Below, piece after piece: positions 41,241-55,910 of a DNA stretch of 64,000 nucleotides; position 1 is the stretch's first letter, and the number at the start of each line of letters is the position of its first letter. The translations under genes were made by a program, and so were the position numbers. The notes beneath the pieces were generated by a model that saw only the letters and a program-made list of their open reading frames with translations, did not search any database and was not told where the DNA came from. Source of the DNA: Octopus sinensis (Eukaryota); contig NC_043001.1 of assembly GCF_006345805.1 (NCBI RefSeq), positions 70,804,001 to 70,868,000 of the forward strand. The letters run 5' to 3'.

Positions 41241-41253
<13 letters not shown>

Positions 41254-42049
41254 TATATGCATATGTGTGTGTGTGATAGTGTGTGTGATAGTGTGTGTAC
41301 GTTGTAACAATACAGAAAAACTGGACCAATCACTTGTAGATGGAATGCAAACCGACACTTTGCAGAACTCGGCACAATTAAGTGCAGCTTATCAAAGAAA
41401 GCTAGCTGATATACTCACATGAAACGTATACTCAGCGATTCGAATAATTTTATGCGTTACGGAATCGTATTATATGGTAGCCATATGGTATTTGTCAGGC
41501 ACTGTTTTATTATTGAATGAAGAGAACAAGAAATTCTTCAACTCGATTACGTGACTGTTGTTACATATTCTCAATGAGTATGATTCACTTCTTAGTTGAA
41601 TGCCATTTCTTCTAGACGCTAACAAGTATGTCTAAGTCTATATCAAGAAATTTTAACATTGATGTAAGAATCCTTCGAAATGGAAATGAATCATAATTTC
41701 ACATTAAATGAAGAAATCAATATGTAGGGTATATACTGCATTGCATGTATCTGAGATCCATTTAATAGCTCGAGCAGGACATGTTAGTTAGCTAATTTTA
41801 ATTGCATTGGGCACCATTACTAAAGTGCATAGAAGCTGGAATGAGTATCAAGTGTATGCGAAAGAATGCAAGTAATTTAGTTAACTGTATAATTCATACA
41901 TATTTCGGCCATTACATAATTAATGTTTTGTTCTGGCAATTATCTGGCAAGAATTTTGGTGCCGCCCTGAAATTATTCTATAGTAGTTGGTTACTTTCCA
42001 GATTTCTGTGTTAAAATCTTTAATGAAATAAGAAATAGTTACGTAGTTC

Positions 42050-42547
42050 ACTTCTATGCCAGCAAGTGGCAGTTGAAAGTTACTGCTCTTTAGCCCCAGG
42101 TAACATCGTTTCCAATCATCCATATGACACACTATCTGTATTATATTTCCGAACAAGGGAGTTTAGCATTCCCACTCAGCACAAAACAATATCTGTGCAT
42201 CGCGATTTCTGGGGTATCTCCCTTCATCAGCACAGAATAACGTTTCGGCTAAAGGTGGGGCTGTTAAATCCCTGTTCGAAATATATAGTTTTCAAAGTGA
42301 CACATAGTCACTGATCTAACCCCGCAATCTAACATTGATCTAACCGAGAAATCACGATACACGGATATTGATTAGTACTGAGTTCGGATGCTCACTTGAT
42401 CGAAAATATAAAGACACAGAAGGTGTGTCGTAGAACCAGCTGGAAACGATGTTTCCTGGGTCTAAATTACTGTAACATTCGATTGCCACGTCATGTTGGC
42501 AAATAATCTGTACTCTAGAGTACTGTTACTAAACGTCTCTCGTTGAG
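42050..42547. mobile_element. Family C element with inverted ends
   Basis: CTTTAGCCCCAGGTAACATCGTTTCCA (~42088) vs TGGAAACGATGTTTCCTGGGTCTAAA (~42441); shares the hairpin AGTGAC-n5-GTCACT-GATCT with ~8376-8397. Confidence 0.75.
42192..42236 (-). ncRNA. Hammerhead motif, probably inactive (G at position 17)
   Basis: TCTGTG-CTGATGA-aGGG agatac CCCa-GAAA-TCGCGA-TG-CACAGA; 6-bp stem I. Confidence 0.65.
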
Positions 42548-43362
42548 AAACTCAAATTAGGCAATCATACTCATACAGTTATGAATTTGACTTAAAATGC
42601 GTATGCATATATTAATATATATTGTTACATGTGAATATCAAAAAACACTTATAGAATATAAATATACAAAAAAATACTTGTAAGTAAAATTCATCTGGGA
42701 TACATATGGAAGAAAGTATGAGAAAAAGAGAAGTGAAGAAAAATTTTGTACTGAAATTAAGAGCGGTTAAGAGTTTCGATTAAAGATCCATAGAGTTCGG
42801 TGTGTTTTTAAAGATATAAGTGGTATATAAGGTATATAATACAGTTCGACAAGGTTCACTTTCAACGACCGTTTCTAGAGCTCATGTCCTGGAAGAAAAT
42901 TTTTTTAATAGTTTAGTCAGATTTATTAGTTTTTCTACCAGGACATGAGGTCTAGAAACGGCCGTGGAAAGTGAACCCCCACGAATTATATTATATACTT
43001 TATATATCATCTATATTTTTAAAACACACACATTGAACTCTAGGGATCTTTTAATCGAAACAATCATTTATACTTTTAAGAAAACACACTGAACTTTAAT
43101 AATCGAAATACTTAACCGGTTTTAATTTCAATACAAAATTTTTTCAGTCCTCTGTTTATCATTCCTCTTTTTCTCACACTTCCTTCCATATGTATCCCGC
43201 ATGGGTTTTATTTACACGTATTTGTACGTATATTTATATTTATACATTTATATTTTATAAATATTTAAAAAAAATATTCATGTGTCGATATGTTTTAATA
43301 TATGTATATGCATTTTAAGTGGAATTTATAAATGCGTGGCAATGATTGCCTAATTTGAGTTT
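42548..43362. mobile_element. Diverged foldback (arms ~350 and ~430 bp) next to (TA)n
   Basis: AAACTCAAATTAGGCAATCAT at 42548 vs ATGATTGCCTAATTTGAGTTT ending ~43362; the inner arms meet at ~42900-42930. Confidence 0.8.
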
Positions 43363-43415
43363 ATATCTTAATTCATATATGTATGTATATATATATATAT
43401 AAAACAATGTACACT

Positions 43416-43464
<49 letters not shown>

Positions 43465-43476
43465 ATATATACATAG

Positions 43477-43544
<68 letters not shown>

Positions 43545-46453
43545 ATAGGTGCATGTATGTATATGTATATATATAATGGAATGAGTGAGAGAAAGAAACA
43601 GGGAGAAAAAAAGAAAGACTCAAACAAACAAACAAACAAAGAAGGAGTACTCGACTACGGGAGCAACTCTCGAGTCATTGGTCGGCACAGTTCTATATTG
43701 AAGACAACTCTTGTCCAGCATCCTTGGCAAGTATAGGACTTAATCCGAAACTACTATGGTTGCAAAGCGTTCTCCCTAACAACAGAGCCATGCCTACGCA
43801 AACCATTATTTTCTTTAGAATATGAAATTATTTTGCTAGAATAATTAATTAAGCTTTATTACGTATCAGTCTTCGCCAATATAGAATCATTATTTTCAAC
43901 TCTGAATCACGAAGAGAAACACACGTATATGCAACACAAAGCACAATAATCTCTACTAATGATTGCTATTCAAAATATCCTATAATCCTAGGCTCAAGTT
44001 CGTTATTTTTGTTTCATCGATAATATATTTCAATTTCATTGAATATTCTACTGTTTCAAACTTCATATCTGGCATTACCGTTAATTGCTTTGGGAGATCT
44101 TGAGAAATTATGTTTTCTCGATTTCATTAATTTTCGAATGTTTCATTAATTTCATTAATTTTCTCGATTTCATTAATTTTCGTATGTTTAAATACGTGTA
44201 AAATGGTTGCTTTTCAACAAATGACTGCTTTTGTTTTTCTGCCTTGCAGGCACTAACCGTCCTCATATAAGGTGAAGTAATACTAGGAAAGAAGTAAAGT
44301 TTATTTACATTATTGAGCCCGAGACAACCATATATACATTTACATAGATTGCTATCGAATTGGATTCGGGTGGAATTTATTAATACAAGATATAGCACAA
44401 AACACCGTAGTTGTCGCGCTCTAACATCTACTATTTGCGGCATCAGATACTGAAAAGACACTATCATTTTAGCAAGATTTGGCTGGTAAGCGGTGAGCAG
44501 ACATCTGGTGTGAGAAAAAGCGCAGTATGCTGAATCACGTCATCTGGCTTCTCAGATGCCGGAGCAGTACGATATTTGTCAACTGCGATATATGCTTGTG
44601 CTTTTATGCATTATACATCTATGTGAGAGGATAGCTCAAGGATAATACCGCTCTATTTGGCGTTGTGATAACACATCCATGTTAAGTTGGATATGAAGAT
44701 TGCTTTTTGGTATTAATTTTGTTTCCGTCATCAATATATATTTCTAACTAAGATTACTGGCCGTTTATAAGACCAGTGATTGGAAACAGCTTGTTATTCT
44801 ATATATCGTTGGCAGTGAAATTTGACTGGCATAAAGTGACTGGAAACTTGTTACAAAAAATGCGTAGTACGCTGAGATCAGGTAATTATGTGATTCTATC
44901 GCCCGTACCACACGACTCGCGTCTGCTACGGTATATGTCTGCCGTTTTATGTGCCATGCGTCAGTATGAAGGGATCTCTCAAAGCGAATATCGCAGTATC
45001 TGGCATTCTAGCATTGTGTATTATAAAGATTATATATATATATATTTATATATATATGTTGAATCTCTGAGCGAGATATGAAGAGTAGCTGTACGGAACT
45101 GTAACAACTAAGTGTCGCATCCTATACAGGACAGTGCTACTGATGTTTACAGCCCTAAGAAGACATCTCCTCTTGCTAGCTAACGACACACATCCTCATG
45201 ACCCAACTCTGATTTTCATCCCTTTTATTATATATCCCTCTCCCCCCCTCTCTCTCTCCATACAGGCATTTATATATGTGTGTTAGTGTGTGTGTTTGTA
45301 CGTGCGTGTATGCATCTATGTATGCATGGTGAGCTAATTATAGTCGAATCTGTGCCCCTGCACTTTAGCATACGATGAATTTTGTGTATATAGGTGTAGC
45401 TATGTACATTGCAAGAAACACGAGTAATAGACACCTCACTAAAAGTTGGCGGATTCAACCCTCTTTGTGTAATAACTAACAGAAGTAGATAGAGCATGGC
45501 CTACAACACGGATATTCTCCATGGGAAGATGGGAATAGTTTAGAAGGTTCTTAGTCTGGACGTAATTTTAAATTAACTTCACTCCTTTCTCGTTCTGTTT
45601 TTGAACAACTAACAAATTATGACAGTGGAAAAGAAACAGATTGACACACTTCCTGTTTACATTATCTCTTCGCAGGCATACTAGAACTTTTGTTCTCATC
45701 TTTCATAAGCAAAAGCTATAGTTAAATTGATAAATAATGATAAACAAAATCTTTAAAAAGTTCTCAATTGCTGCGTAATAATCAGGTGGAAGGGAATCGG
45801 AATGCTTCTATTCGTGAATTGAAAGAAACTATTGTAGAATACGAAAATCAAGGACCCAGAGTTTACGCAGGAAAAGACAGAAAACAAAACAGACTAAATA
45901 ACAGATAAACTCAAATTTACTTCATTAGCGAAAAACGTGACCTCTGGCAAGTCGCCTACAATAGAACCTCTGAGTTAGAAAGCATGTCTATACATACATG
46001 CATACATACATACATACATACATACATACATACATACATACATACATACATACATACATACATACATACATACACAAACACAACACATACACACTCATAC
46101 ACACACATACATATATACCAGAGTAAGCACATACATGTGAAACAAGGTGGAAAAAATAATCCTCGAGTACTGGCGGTAGAGTATTGTGCTTTATTAATAG
46201 AGCTGCACAAAACTAGACAAAAATAGACGCCACAAAACTTACTCAGAGTTTCACGTTCCTGGAAAACTGTCCAACGAACGGGAACATGAAACACTGAGTT
46301 ACAGTGTTTGTGATGTTTATGCAGGTTTTTGAGAAAGTATATACACACACACATATACACACACATACATATATATATATACATATATATATATGTATAT
46401 ATATATATATGCATATATACATATGTGCGTATATAAGCATATATTTGTGTGTA

Positions 46454-46509
<56 letters not shown>

Positions 46510-47928
46510 TATATACATATGTGCGTATATAAGCATATATTTGTGTGTATATATGTATATATGTGTGTTTTTATTCCACACGCCGCATAGCTAGGAAATT
46601 TTTTTCTTACAGAAGCTTGGCTGAGATATACGCAGCGCGTCCATCACCAAATCACTGGTCATTACAGGCGAAGAGACAAGCTCGTACACAAGTTGGTACC
46701 AGTTTGATTGTTAGCATTTTCGTCAGAACAAAAAGAAGCGGAAAATGTGAATTATCTCCTGCTACCTCGTAGCAATCACATTAACGCCATCTACCTTTCA
46801 GAGAAATAGATTTATCAACTCCAAAGTAGGAAAACGAAGTTGTCCTCGGCGCTATTTGAACTCAGAGCAAACAGTAACTTGCTAAACCAAATATTTTGTA
46901 TCGGCGATTTCTTAGATAAACACGTATCTCAAAAATACTTGGATCCCTGAAACCATCGAAGGTGGATCGTCCGGGAGAGTTTTACAATGAGGAAGCTTAG
47001 CCCGAAGCACAGTATGGAAGGATTCGCCGAACATCTTCTGAAGGAGACGTTTTAAAGAACACAGTTATCTTTCAGATGTTTCTCTATGACAAAGTATTGC
47101 ATAGTATTTATAATCGTTCGACATTTGTATATCCCTTATATATCCTATGGACATCGTTATTTTAATTTAATTACGTTTCGAATGCATATGTAAATTTAAT
47201 TCTAGCCTGGTCAACTTTCGCAGAAATCACTGGATGTCCTGTTTACTGAATCCTATATTAGAACATATATATATTTCGGTTAGGTATAGAATATTCACAT
47301 GTGATCATGAGGAGACCAAATATGATGTCGAAATCCCGTTTTCTACGATTCGCCTATAACATTCTGTTCTACACCTGTCTTAAAAACAGATTGTCTGAGA
47401 GAAATATTAGCGTTAATGCCGTTCATTATTTGTATATACATTATAAATATTATACACATCGTCATTTTAATGTCGTTTCTCGTACGCAAATTCATGCATG
47501 TGTACGTATACGAGTGTATATTCAGGAATCTATACTACTCGCACACACACCAGATAATCTAAAGATGAGGATCTGTTTTACGCCGATGAAAATTTAAGGA
47601 ATATGACGAGGAGTGAAACTGATTTCACACACGCAACCATGCCCACACACGCACGCGCGCACACACATACACATACTTACACACATATATACGTATCTTA
47701 AATGGAGAATACCTTATGTGCATCCTGGAATTTCTGAACGTAGATCTAGCGAGGAATGCAAAGTATCAATGATGACGCCTGAAAGCCGTAAGTGGTAAAC
47801 ATACTCCGCGGGAATACTACCTGGGACTTGCCCTGCAACAAGGTTTGCAAACTGCATTTAATGCCTACTTTCTAAACCTTAATTCTTTAACTTAAAATTC
47901 GACACACACACACACACACGCACACACA

Positions 47929-47973
<45 letters not shown>

Positions 47974-48863
47974 GTATGTATATTCAATCAATGATAATGA
48001 TAGGTATTTTAAAATAACTAGAAATGAGAAAAATAGCATGAAAGACTGACTACAGACGCAGTGTTTAATATTTTGCATAGATTGTTGACGCATATCTAGA
48101 CGTTTCAGCCACGGTGGTATATTCAGTTTGGGATTTGATAATCACTCATAAAGGCTTAGTATGAGATGTATTTAGTTACTTAGTAAGTCCCTAAACACTC
48201 ACCAATTTACAATAAAACACAGATGTGTTTGTGTGCCTGTGTATTTATAGTATTTCATATTTATTATAAAAATATTAATCTATCAGACAGCCAGAAAAAT
48301 TAAACTAATGTTTAATGACAAGAGGTGTTAGTATTATTAATCATTTATATATAAAATAATTTTCTTCTATGACAAAATATTTTTAATATGATGTTTCTTC
48401 CTGAATTTTAAAAACATGGCATAATATAACTGTTTCTGTTAATATTTTATACGTTCTTTATTAAAGAATATTTGCATATTTCAGAGATGTAATCTACAAG
48501 AAATTAGCATTTCAAATAATTTAGGTTTTCAAATAGATTATTTATTAAATATAATAAAGCATTATCAAATATCTGAACTGTCATCAAATTCTTTTAATCT
48601 AGATGTAACTACAAGCAAAAGAAAAATAAAACGATGTCAATCATTTGTTTCGTACATTACGTTTACAAACACATAGAAAATAGTAAATCTGCGAATTTTC
48701 GTAGAAAAATATACACAAAATTCAATGATTTTAATCAGATATTTTGTTTTCACTCCAAGAAATTTCTGCGTTTATTGAAATTCTTTAACAGATATTGAGA
48801 CACAAGAAAAAAACCGTAGCATAATTCTCTGTCACCACCCACCCCATTCCAACACATATTCTT

Positions 48864-48907
<44 letters not shown>

Positions 48908-49804
48908 TGTTTCTCTCTTTCGATTTCAATTGAAAGAAAAACGAAATATAAAATAATATATTGTAAAAATCATAATGCTTTTGTTTTTGTGAAGTAATGC
49001 ATTTTTATCGATTTCCTTCCATTGATTTCAGATAATTGAAAGTGAAACGCATATACTATTGAAATATGAATAATATGGTATAAGAACGCAGTGGCTGCAT
49101 AGAGGGAAAAACCACCATAAACTAACGAAGTGTGGTGCTGTATCATTATCGTCAGTTGTATCTGAAATGTCTTTCTTAAATATTTATAAACTAGCAAGTC
49201 ATTAGGAAGAACGACACTGTTAAATGATTGTGAACAAAATGTTAACAATGAATAAAAAAGGAAAACAAAAATAAAATATTCATATTTTCTTCAAGACACG
49301 AAGAAATTATTACCTTCGTTTTTAATTCATTTCTTTTGTAAACATTCTTGAATATTAGAAATATAGGTTAATGACGTCACTGAATTTGCGGTGATTAAGA
49401 TCTATTTTCATTTTCTTTTTTTCCGAAATTATTTTTCACGTTTTGCTTTCAAAAATATTTCTTACTAATTAGTCACACAGCTGGACCGGAATCACGCTTA
49501 AGTAACAACAACAATAATAACAACAACAACAACAGCTGAAGTGGCAGCTACGGCAGCAACAACAACAACAACAACAATAATAACAATTTTAATAATGATG
49601 ATAATTTTTTCATTGATTTGCGACATGAGGTAATATATTCATAAGTGTTACAAACGGTTTCCGAACGTATGGTGATGTTCATACAAGTGATACGTGAGTG
49701 CAGAGTGAAGTCAAACAATACATATTCTTTTATTCGTTTATATGTTTCAGCCTTGTGGCTTTGGCCATGCTGGGGTACCGTCAGTGAAATATCTGGGCTC
49801 GTAT

Positions 49805-49881
<77 letters not shown>

Positions 49882-52149
49882 CACATACATACATACACAC
49901 ACATATACATACTTACATACACACATACATACATACAAATATAGAAACATCAAATATGATTGTGTGCGTTTGACGCATATTATGATGTATATTTACATAC
50001 GCACACTCACACATAGACACTCTTAGAGGTGATTATAAGAAATCTTAAAATTACCAAGTAGGTTAAACTCTCAAACCAATCAATCAGCCAATACCTTCGG
50101 TGCAGATGTAAAACCAAAATAGTTCATTCCGATGAATGTTTGAGGCTTTTCTCTCCAGATATTGTTATTGTTTCATATAGATAGCTGAGAGTTGCTGCTG
50201 TGTGCACATATCTATTGATGGCTATTCTTTCTGTTCTTACTCTCCTTCATAGTGTGGAACACTCTTAAGTTGCTCCTCTTCGTACATGTTCTTACAATAG
50301 AAGACCACTACCCATGGATAGCTTTATCATATTTCGTTATAGAGACGAATTACGTACTTAGAGAGAAATTTCCTGGCAGGTGGTTATTGCGTGTTACTCT
50401 CCCATTTATTACCTGCACTATTTTGTCGCACAGGCAATGTCACGCCAAAATTCAACATCTGCGTCAATTCCCTTGCATGTAACCCGTATATTCGTCCCTG
50501 TAAACCGAAGTTCCATTCTGCAGTAAGGCACATGGTATTCCATTATACGAAGTGTTCGTCGAGCAAGGAGGCTCTACCTTTTGTAATATCCTTTGACAAT
50601 ACTTTTGCCCCCCACCTTTTTCCTGGAGTTCAATAACTTTCAGCCTCTCCCTTAACCTTCATGCCTATTTTTTACTGCTTTATTTTGTTTTTTAGAGTCT
50701 AGATACATTTTTACATATAATCTACCTTAGTCAATGATTTATATACATCGTGAAAATTTCGTTCAGTTCTTCATCACAATGCTCCTGTAACGATATAGGG
50801 ATATTTTCCTGTTTCTAGCTGAAGCACATGTCGATCATTTTCAATATAGGTTTCCTACGATGAATATGTCGAACAGGTAGGCATTACCGCATTTGCTTCC
50901 TTCCCTGGAATTAAGTTATGCACAGCATCTCCTTGGTTGGGAATATTTGCAACCCTTTTACCTGTTTTATCATTAGCTTTGTTAATACTATAAAAGAGTT
51001 TTCATTTGTATATTTGTTAAATTGTCAAATGAGTGTACATATTTATGCTAGTTCAACCGTTATCATTATGTTTTATGTCTCTTTATTTGAATCTGTTTTG
51101 TTTGCAAAGTATTCGGTATGATTTTCAAATATTTTAAAACCTATTTGTTACTGCTATGTTTGTGACTGTCATATTTTCAACCCTTCCTGAAGAAGTGTTA
51201 AAAATCCCAAGTAAACATAACGTAGAAAATATAATATATGAAAGAATTATCAGTGACAAACCTAATTATCCCTAGGGAGGTGATCGAATTAATGTTGTTA
51301 ATTTCTTTCTTGGAAAAATTAATAATGTTCTCCAGTGAAACAGTATGACCACAAAAAAAAGACAATCATTATATCATAGCCTTTGCAACAATGAATAATA
51401 AAGAGGATATCAAGAAAACAGGAAACAGGAAATTGAGAAATATCGAGATATAAGCAGATGGATGAAGAGATTGTGAGCCACATGAGGGAAAATTATTTCT
51501 AAGGGACGTGGTGTAGTCGGAACAGCAGAACCGTTTTACCAGTATTATAGTCCACCAGACAAATCAGTCATTGGGCCCTATGGTATATATTTATTGACAG
51601 AAATCTACAGCATAAGAGATGAGAATTGGGGCCCTCCACCTGGACGGTCCCTGGGCAGCTTCCCAATGAGCCCATGCCTTAACACATTACTGTTAAATCT
51701 GACAACTATGAGGTTAAAGCATACTACACGTGAGACATAAACAGTAAAGTGTTATCATGTACTTTACAATAGTCTAAGAAACATTGACATTTGAGAATAT
51801 TTTTGTCCCCAAACTGCGATGTATCAATTTAGTAAAAATAACTTTTTGATTATAAATACTACAACAGCAAATGATTATGTTGTAGGCCAAAGACTACCAA
51901 TTTTGTGTGTGTGGTGGTGTTGGTGGTGGTGGTGGTTGTGGGGTTAGTTGCTATCATTGAATCTAAAACATATACGGCAAAGTCAATGTCGGCGGGATTT
52001 GAAGTCAATAGTTGGAACAAATACTGCATAATATTTATTCCAATATTCCAAAAATTCTGCTAGCTCAGTCCTACTACTTCTACTACTGCCAGCTCGCCGC
52101 CTCCAACAACAACAGCAACAGTAACAACAACATAATAATGATGATGATG

Positions 52150-52362
52150 ATAATAATAATAATGGTTTCAAATTTTGCCAAGAGGGCAGCAATTTTATAT
52201 GAGGGGATGTGTCGATTATATCGACCCCAGTGTTTAACTGGTCCTTGATTTATCGAATCCGAAAGGGTGAAAGGCAAAGTCGACCACTCAGAACGTAGCC
52301 GCAGACGAAATACCACTAAGCATTTCGCCCGGTATGCTAACGATTTTGCCAGATCGCTGCCT
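52150..52362 (-). mobile_element. SINE copy flanked by (TAA)n/(GAT)n
   Basis: GTCGATTATATCGACCCCAG..AAAGGCAAAGTCGACC..GAAATACC..GCTAACG core. Confidence 0.8.
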
Positions 52363-52369
52363 TACCTTC

Positions 52370-52419
<50 letters not shown>

Positions 52420-52445
52420 TGATGGTGATGATGATGATGATGATG

Positions 52446-52505
<60 letters not shown>

Positions 52506-53823
52506 TTGCCCTGGTGCAGTACCAGGCACTGTCTTTCATGGCTTCTGATTTTAACTGATTGGAAGTGTTATCATATACATGGGCTACGACAAATATTCTG
52601 CTCGATACCACAGATTTGCTTGTCATTTGTGCGACCTTAACCAGTTTAGCATGTCTCTTGGTGGCTGACGAACCAAGTTCATCATGATTATTTCACTTCC
52701 ATTACTTTTTAATATATATTATTGACCCCTGCTATTTTTACTCAATTGATTAGGCTTTCTCCGCGGGTAGTAAATATTATGTCTAACATATTCTTTTAAT
52801 TCGACTCACTAACAACAAATCACCATCTACTAAATCTAAGAAAATTACTTATCTTGATTACTTCTCTTCCATTATTTTTAAGATATCTTATTGACTCCCA
52901 ATATCTGTACTTAATAAGGTTTTTTTTCCCACGATTATTAAATATTATGCCTACTCTTAATAAATGTACTAAATAAATAAAAGTTTCTTCTCCAAACTTA
53001 GAAAATATTAGGTCTAACATTTTCTTTTAATTCAACTTATTAAAATAATCACCACTTACTAGCCAATTATGATTATATATATTAATGGAAATGGATATAC
53101 ATATATTTATGTAAATGCAAAATGACTTCTATATTTTCTATTACTATATAAGATACAAATGTTTATTGAAATCATTTAGTTAATTGTCTAAAGGATATTT
53201 GCTTAGTTTTCTTGATGTAAAATCAGGAGGCCAAGTAGTAATAGGCATTGAAAACTCTAAGACATTAATAGCCTATAATTCTCCTACCAGTTAATCTTCA
53301 ACATGAATAACTTTTGACATTTATTTTACTCCTTCCTATATCTATAAATAGAAAAATCCTTTGTCCCCATCCAACTGAAAATCCCTCCGTCCCCACTAAC
53401 AGATCTAAATAACTAAAGGAAAAATCTATAGTCAAAAGGTAAATTTTAATACGATCATGTTCTTAACAATCAAATCAACCACTCTGTCTGTATATCTACC
53501 CTCTTCATAATGTTGGCAAACGAAATGGAAATAAGTATATGTATTGTCCGTTTGATGGAAGACTTCTATAAATGGGTGAAGATTGCTCAACATTTTAAAA
53601 CTTATGTAATACTTACAATGTTTAATAAAATGAAGTAGCATGAAACGATCGTACCAAATTACCGAAGATACACTAGTTGCTTATTTTGATTATAATCACC
53701 CCATGAATTTGTATGGATAATACCATACAAAATTCTGGTGCCTCTCACTTAAGTACCATATTCATTTGAATCTAAATTTTGCTGAACTTATATATATACA
53801 TATATATATATAATATATATATA

Positions 53824-53868
<45 letters not shown>

Positions 53869-54022
53869 CATGTATGTATTTGTATGTGTCTTTACACCTG
53901 TAATTTTCTCTCATTGCTAGGCAACGGTATTGGTCTGCTAACATCCCAATTACATCGTGGTTTGCTTTACAAGGAGGCACTCCAGCATGACCCAAATTAA
54001 AAAAGTGAAACCGGTAAAAGAT

Positions 54023-55444
54023 TATATATAAATATATAAACTGAGAATGTGTGTCTGTCTGTGTGTTTCCCTAAAACTTGAGAACTGCACAACAAATTTC
54101 ATTACTTAGGGTCCATGTAGTTTCATGGGAAAAAATGTTCAACTTCTTGCCTAGTCTGAGCCCATAGCAATATTATATCTTCTCCACTATTTCAGTATTA
54201 CGTGTTAAAAGTGAAACAAAAACATTTCTCTATTTTATGTTAGATGCTTTCACTTTAACAATAAAAATAATAATAACAATTGAATTATATGTAGTAAGTA
54301 ATAATTAAAATCAAACTAAAGTATAATATAATCGAAACATAACAAAAGTAAAAATAGCAATTGGTATAAAATTCCATCAATGATTTGAACTTGAATATGT
54401 GGTTTCACATGAATGGGAATAAATTAAAAATAAAATTAGCGTGCAGAAATGGAATAGTCCTGATGGACTGTTATACATAAAGGACTATACCTTCAACTGC
54501 GTACTGCTTTTTGATTGTTATTATTATTATTACCGTTTAACTATTGTTATCACGTTTGTTGGTTCCTCGTAAGGGAAACGTTGTTGTGTTGCATTCGTTA
54601 AATAATTGTAAACTTTAACCCTCCCCCTTTGGGAGAAGGAGATTTGGTTATTGTTTAAAAATTGAATTGTGTCCCTGTTTGGGGAAATTGGCAATATTTT
54701 CACCATTAACACGGAAGCATTTTTGTTAGAATGCCTTCGATAGAAGAAAGTCCAAAAATGAATTTCGCTGCAGCCGTCGGCGGGCGTGAACTCATTAAAA
54801 TTAAAATGGAAGATATACAAATCTATTTCGGATTGATCACCGACAAAGACGATGAATCTAGGATAACACCACCAAACGAAATAAAAAATTAAATTAAAGA
54901 AAAGACTATTGTCTATAAAGTATACAATGTAGAGAATAAAAAGATTTGAACACCTTGAGGAAAGCACCATCGAAAAGTGTCTTGGTGCGACTATGAAAGA
55001 TATCTAACCAGAGGCGGTAAATTCGCCACAATAGAAGCAAGCTTCGAGTCAACGGAGCATGCAAGGGAGTACTCGACTCGAACCTTGCAAAGTGGAAATA
55101 TTTTATTTTCACCTTTATATCTGGGACGTAGGACGGCCCGGATAAAAATTTAAAATGTCCCCCTAGAAGTAGAGGTAGGCTGGATTGTTGCCACACTTCT
55201 ATAAAAGAGGAAGGACAAGATACAATTGATCGAAATTGCAAGAGACGGGCCTACAAGTCCAATCTGTTATATATTTTGAGTATTGTTATCACTAGCGATA
55301 TCAAGATATAACTTTGTATTTTGAATTTTATGTGTAGATGTATATATATAGATGTACATGTAATATGTACACACACATATATATATATACACATATATAC
55401 ATGCACTAGCACTATGACCCGGCAACGACGGGTCATAATGCTAG
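54023..55444 (+). mobile_element. Non-autonomous Helitron-like element
   Basis: 5' TATATAAACTGAGAATGTGTGTCTGTCTGTGTG resembles the 5' end of the 8778-10562 element; 3' hairpin TATGACCCG-gcaacga-CGGGTCATA followed by CTAG|T at 55441-55444. Confidence 0.7.
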
Positions 55445-55716
55445 TACATATATATATATGTATATATAAATTGACAGAATGAGATAAAAATCAAAGGCTA
55501 TGAAAGATTTCAGAACCTTGGATTTTTATCTCATTCTGTAAATTTTTTTAATATATATATTGAATGCTGATATATGACCTACTCATTCGCACAATCACCG
55601 AACCTGGAGCTTAAGTATAGTCTGTCCATAGCACTTACTGAGTATTACCTGGCACCTTTGGGTCTTCTTGACCGCATTACTTCCCATAACCTCAATATAC
55701 ATATATATATATATAA

Positions 55717-55747
<31 letters not shown>

Positions 55748-55763
55748 ATAAATATATATAATA

Positions 55764-55910
55764 TTATTAGAGACAAAACCACTATTTTGCAAAACAAACA
55801 AGGAAAGACTTAATCAATACATAAAATTTTAATAAATAGTAAAAAAACCGCCACTACAATTGTTTCTTGTCTTGATCGACAATCTTCAGGTGGACTTCCA
55901 ATAAGTCAGG
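55764..55910 (-). mobile_element. Short family D-like element at (TA)n
   Basis: Terminus ATTAGAGACAAAACCACTATT resembles 14779; contains an intact hammerhead. Confidence 0.65.
55851..55893 (-). ncRNA. Intact minimal type I hammerhead ribozyme
   Basis: CCAC-CTGAAGA-TTGTC gatcaa GACAA-GAAA-CAATTG-TA-GTGG: perfect stems I and II, full core, GUA cleavage site. Confidence 0.85.

Noticed and set aside
46405-46565. ~55-bp direct duplication around (TA)n
   Set aside because: Low-complexity slippage or local assembly duplication.
50250-50960. Possible L1/Tx1-like 3' remnant
   Set aside because: Only vague similarity; no clear motif.
51184-51230. ttc-CTGAAGA...TAAAC ataacg TA gaa
   Set aside because: GAAA box and stems too degraded to call.
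52772-53065. Diverged ~65-bp direct repeat about 230 bp apart
   Set aside because: Two copies only; not CRISPR-like and no associated signal.
55467-55545. ~30-bp-arm hairpin resembling a pre-miRNA
   Set aside because: Sits between TA tracts like the other foldback remnants; no independent support.
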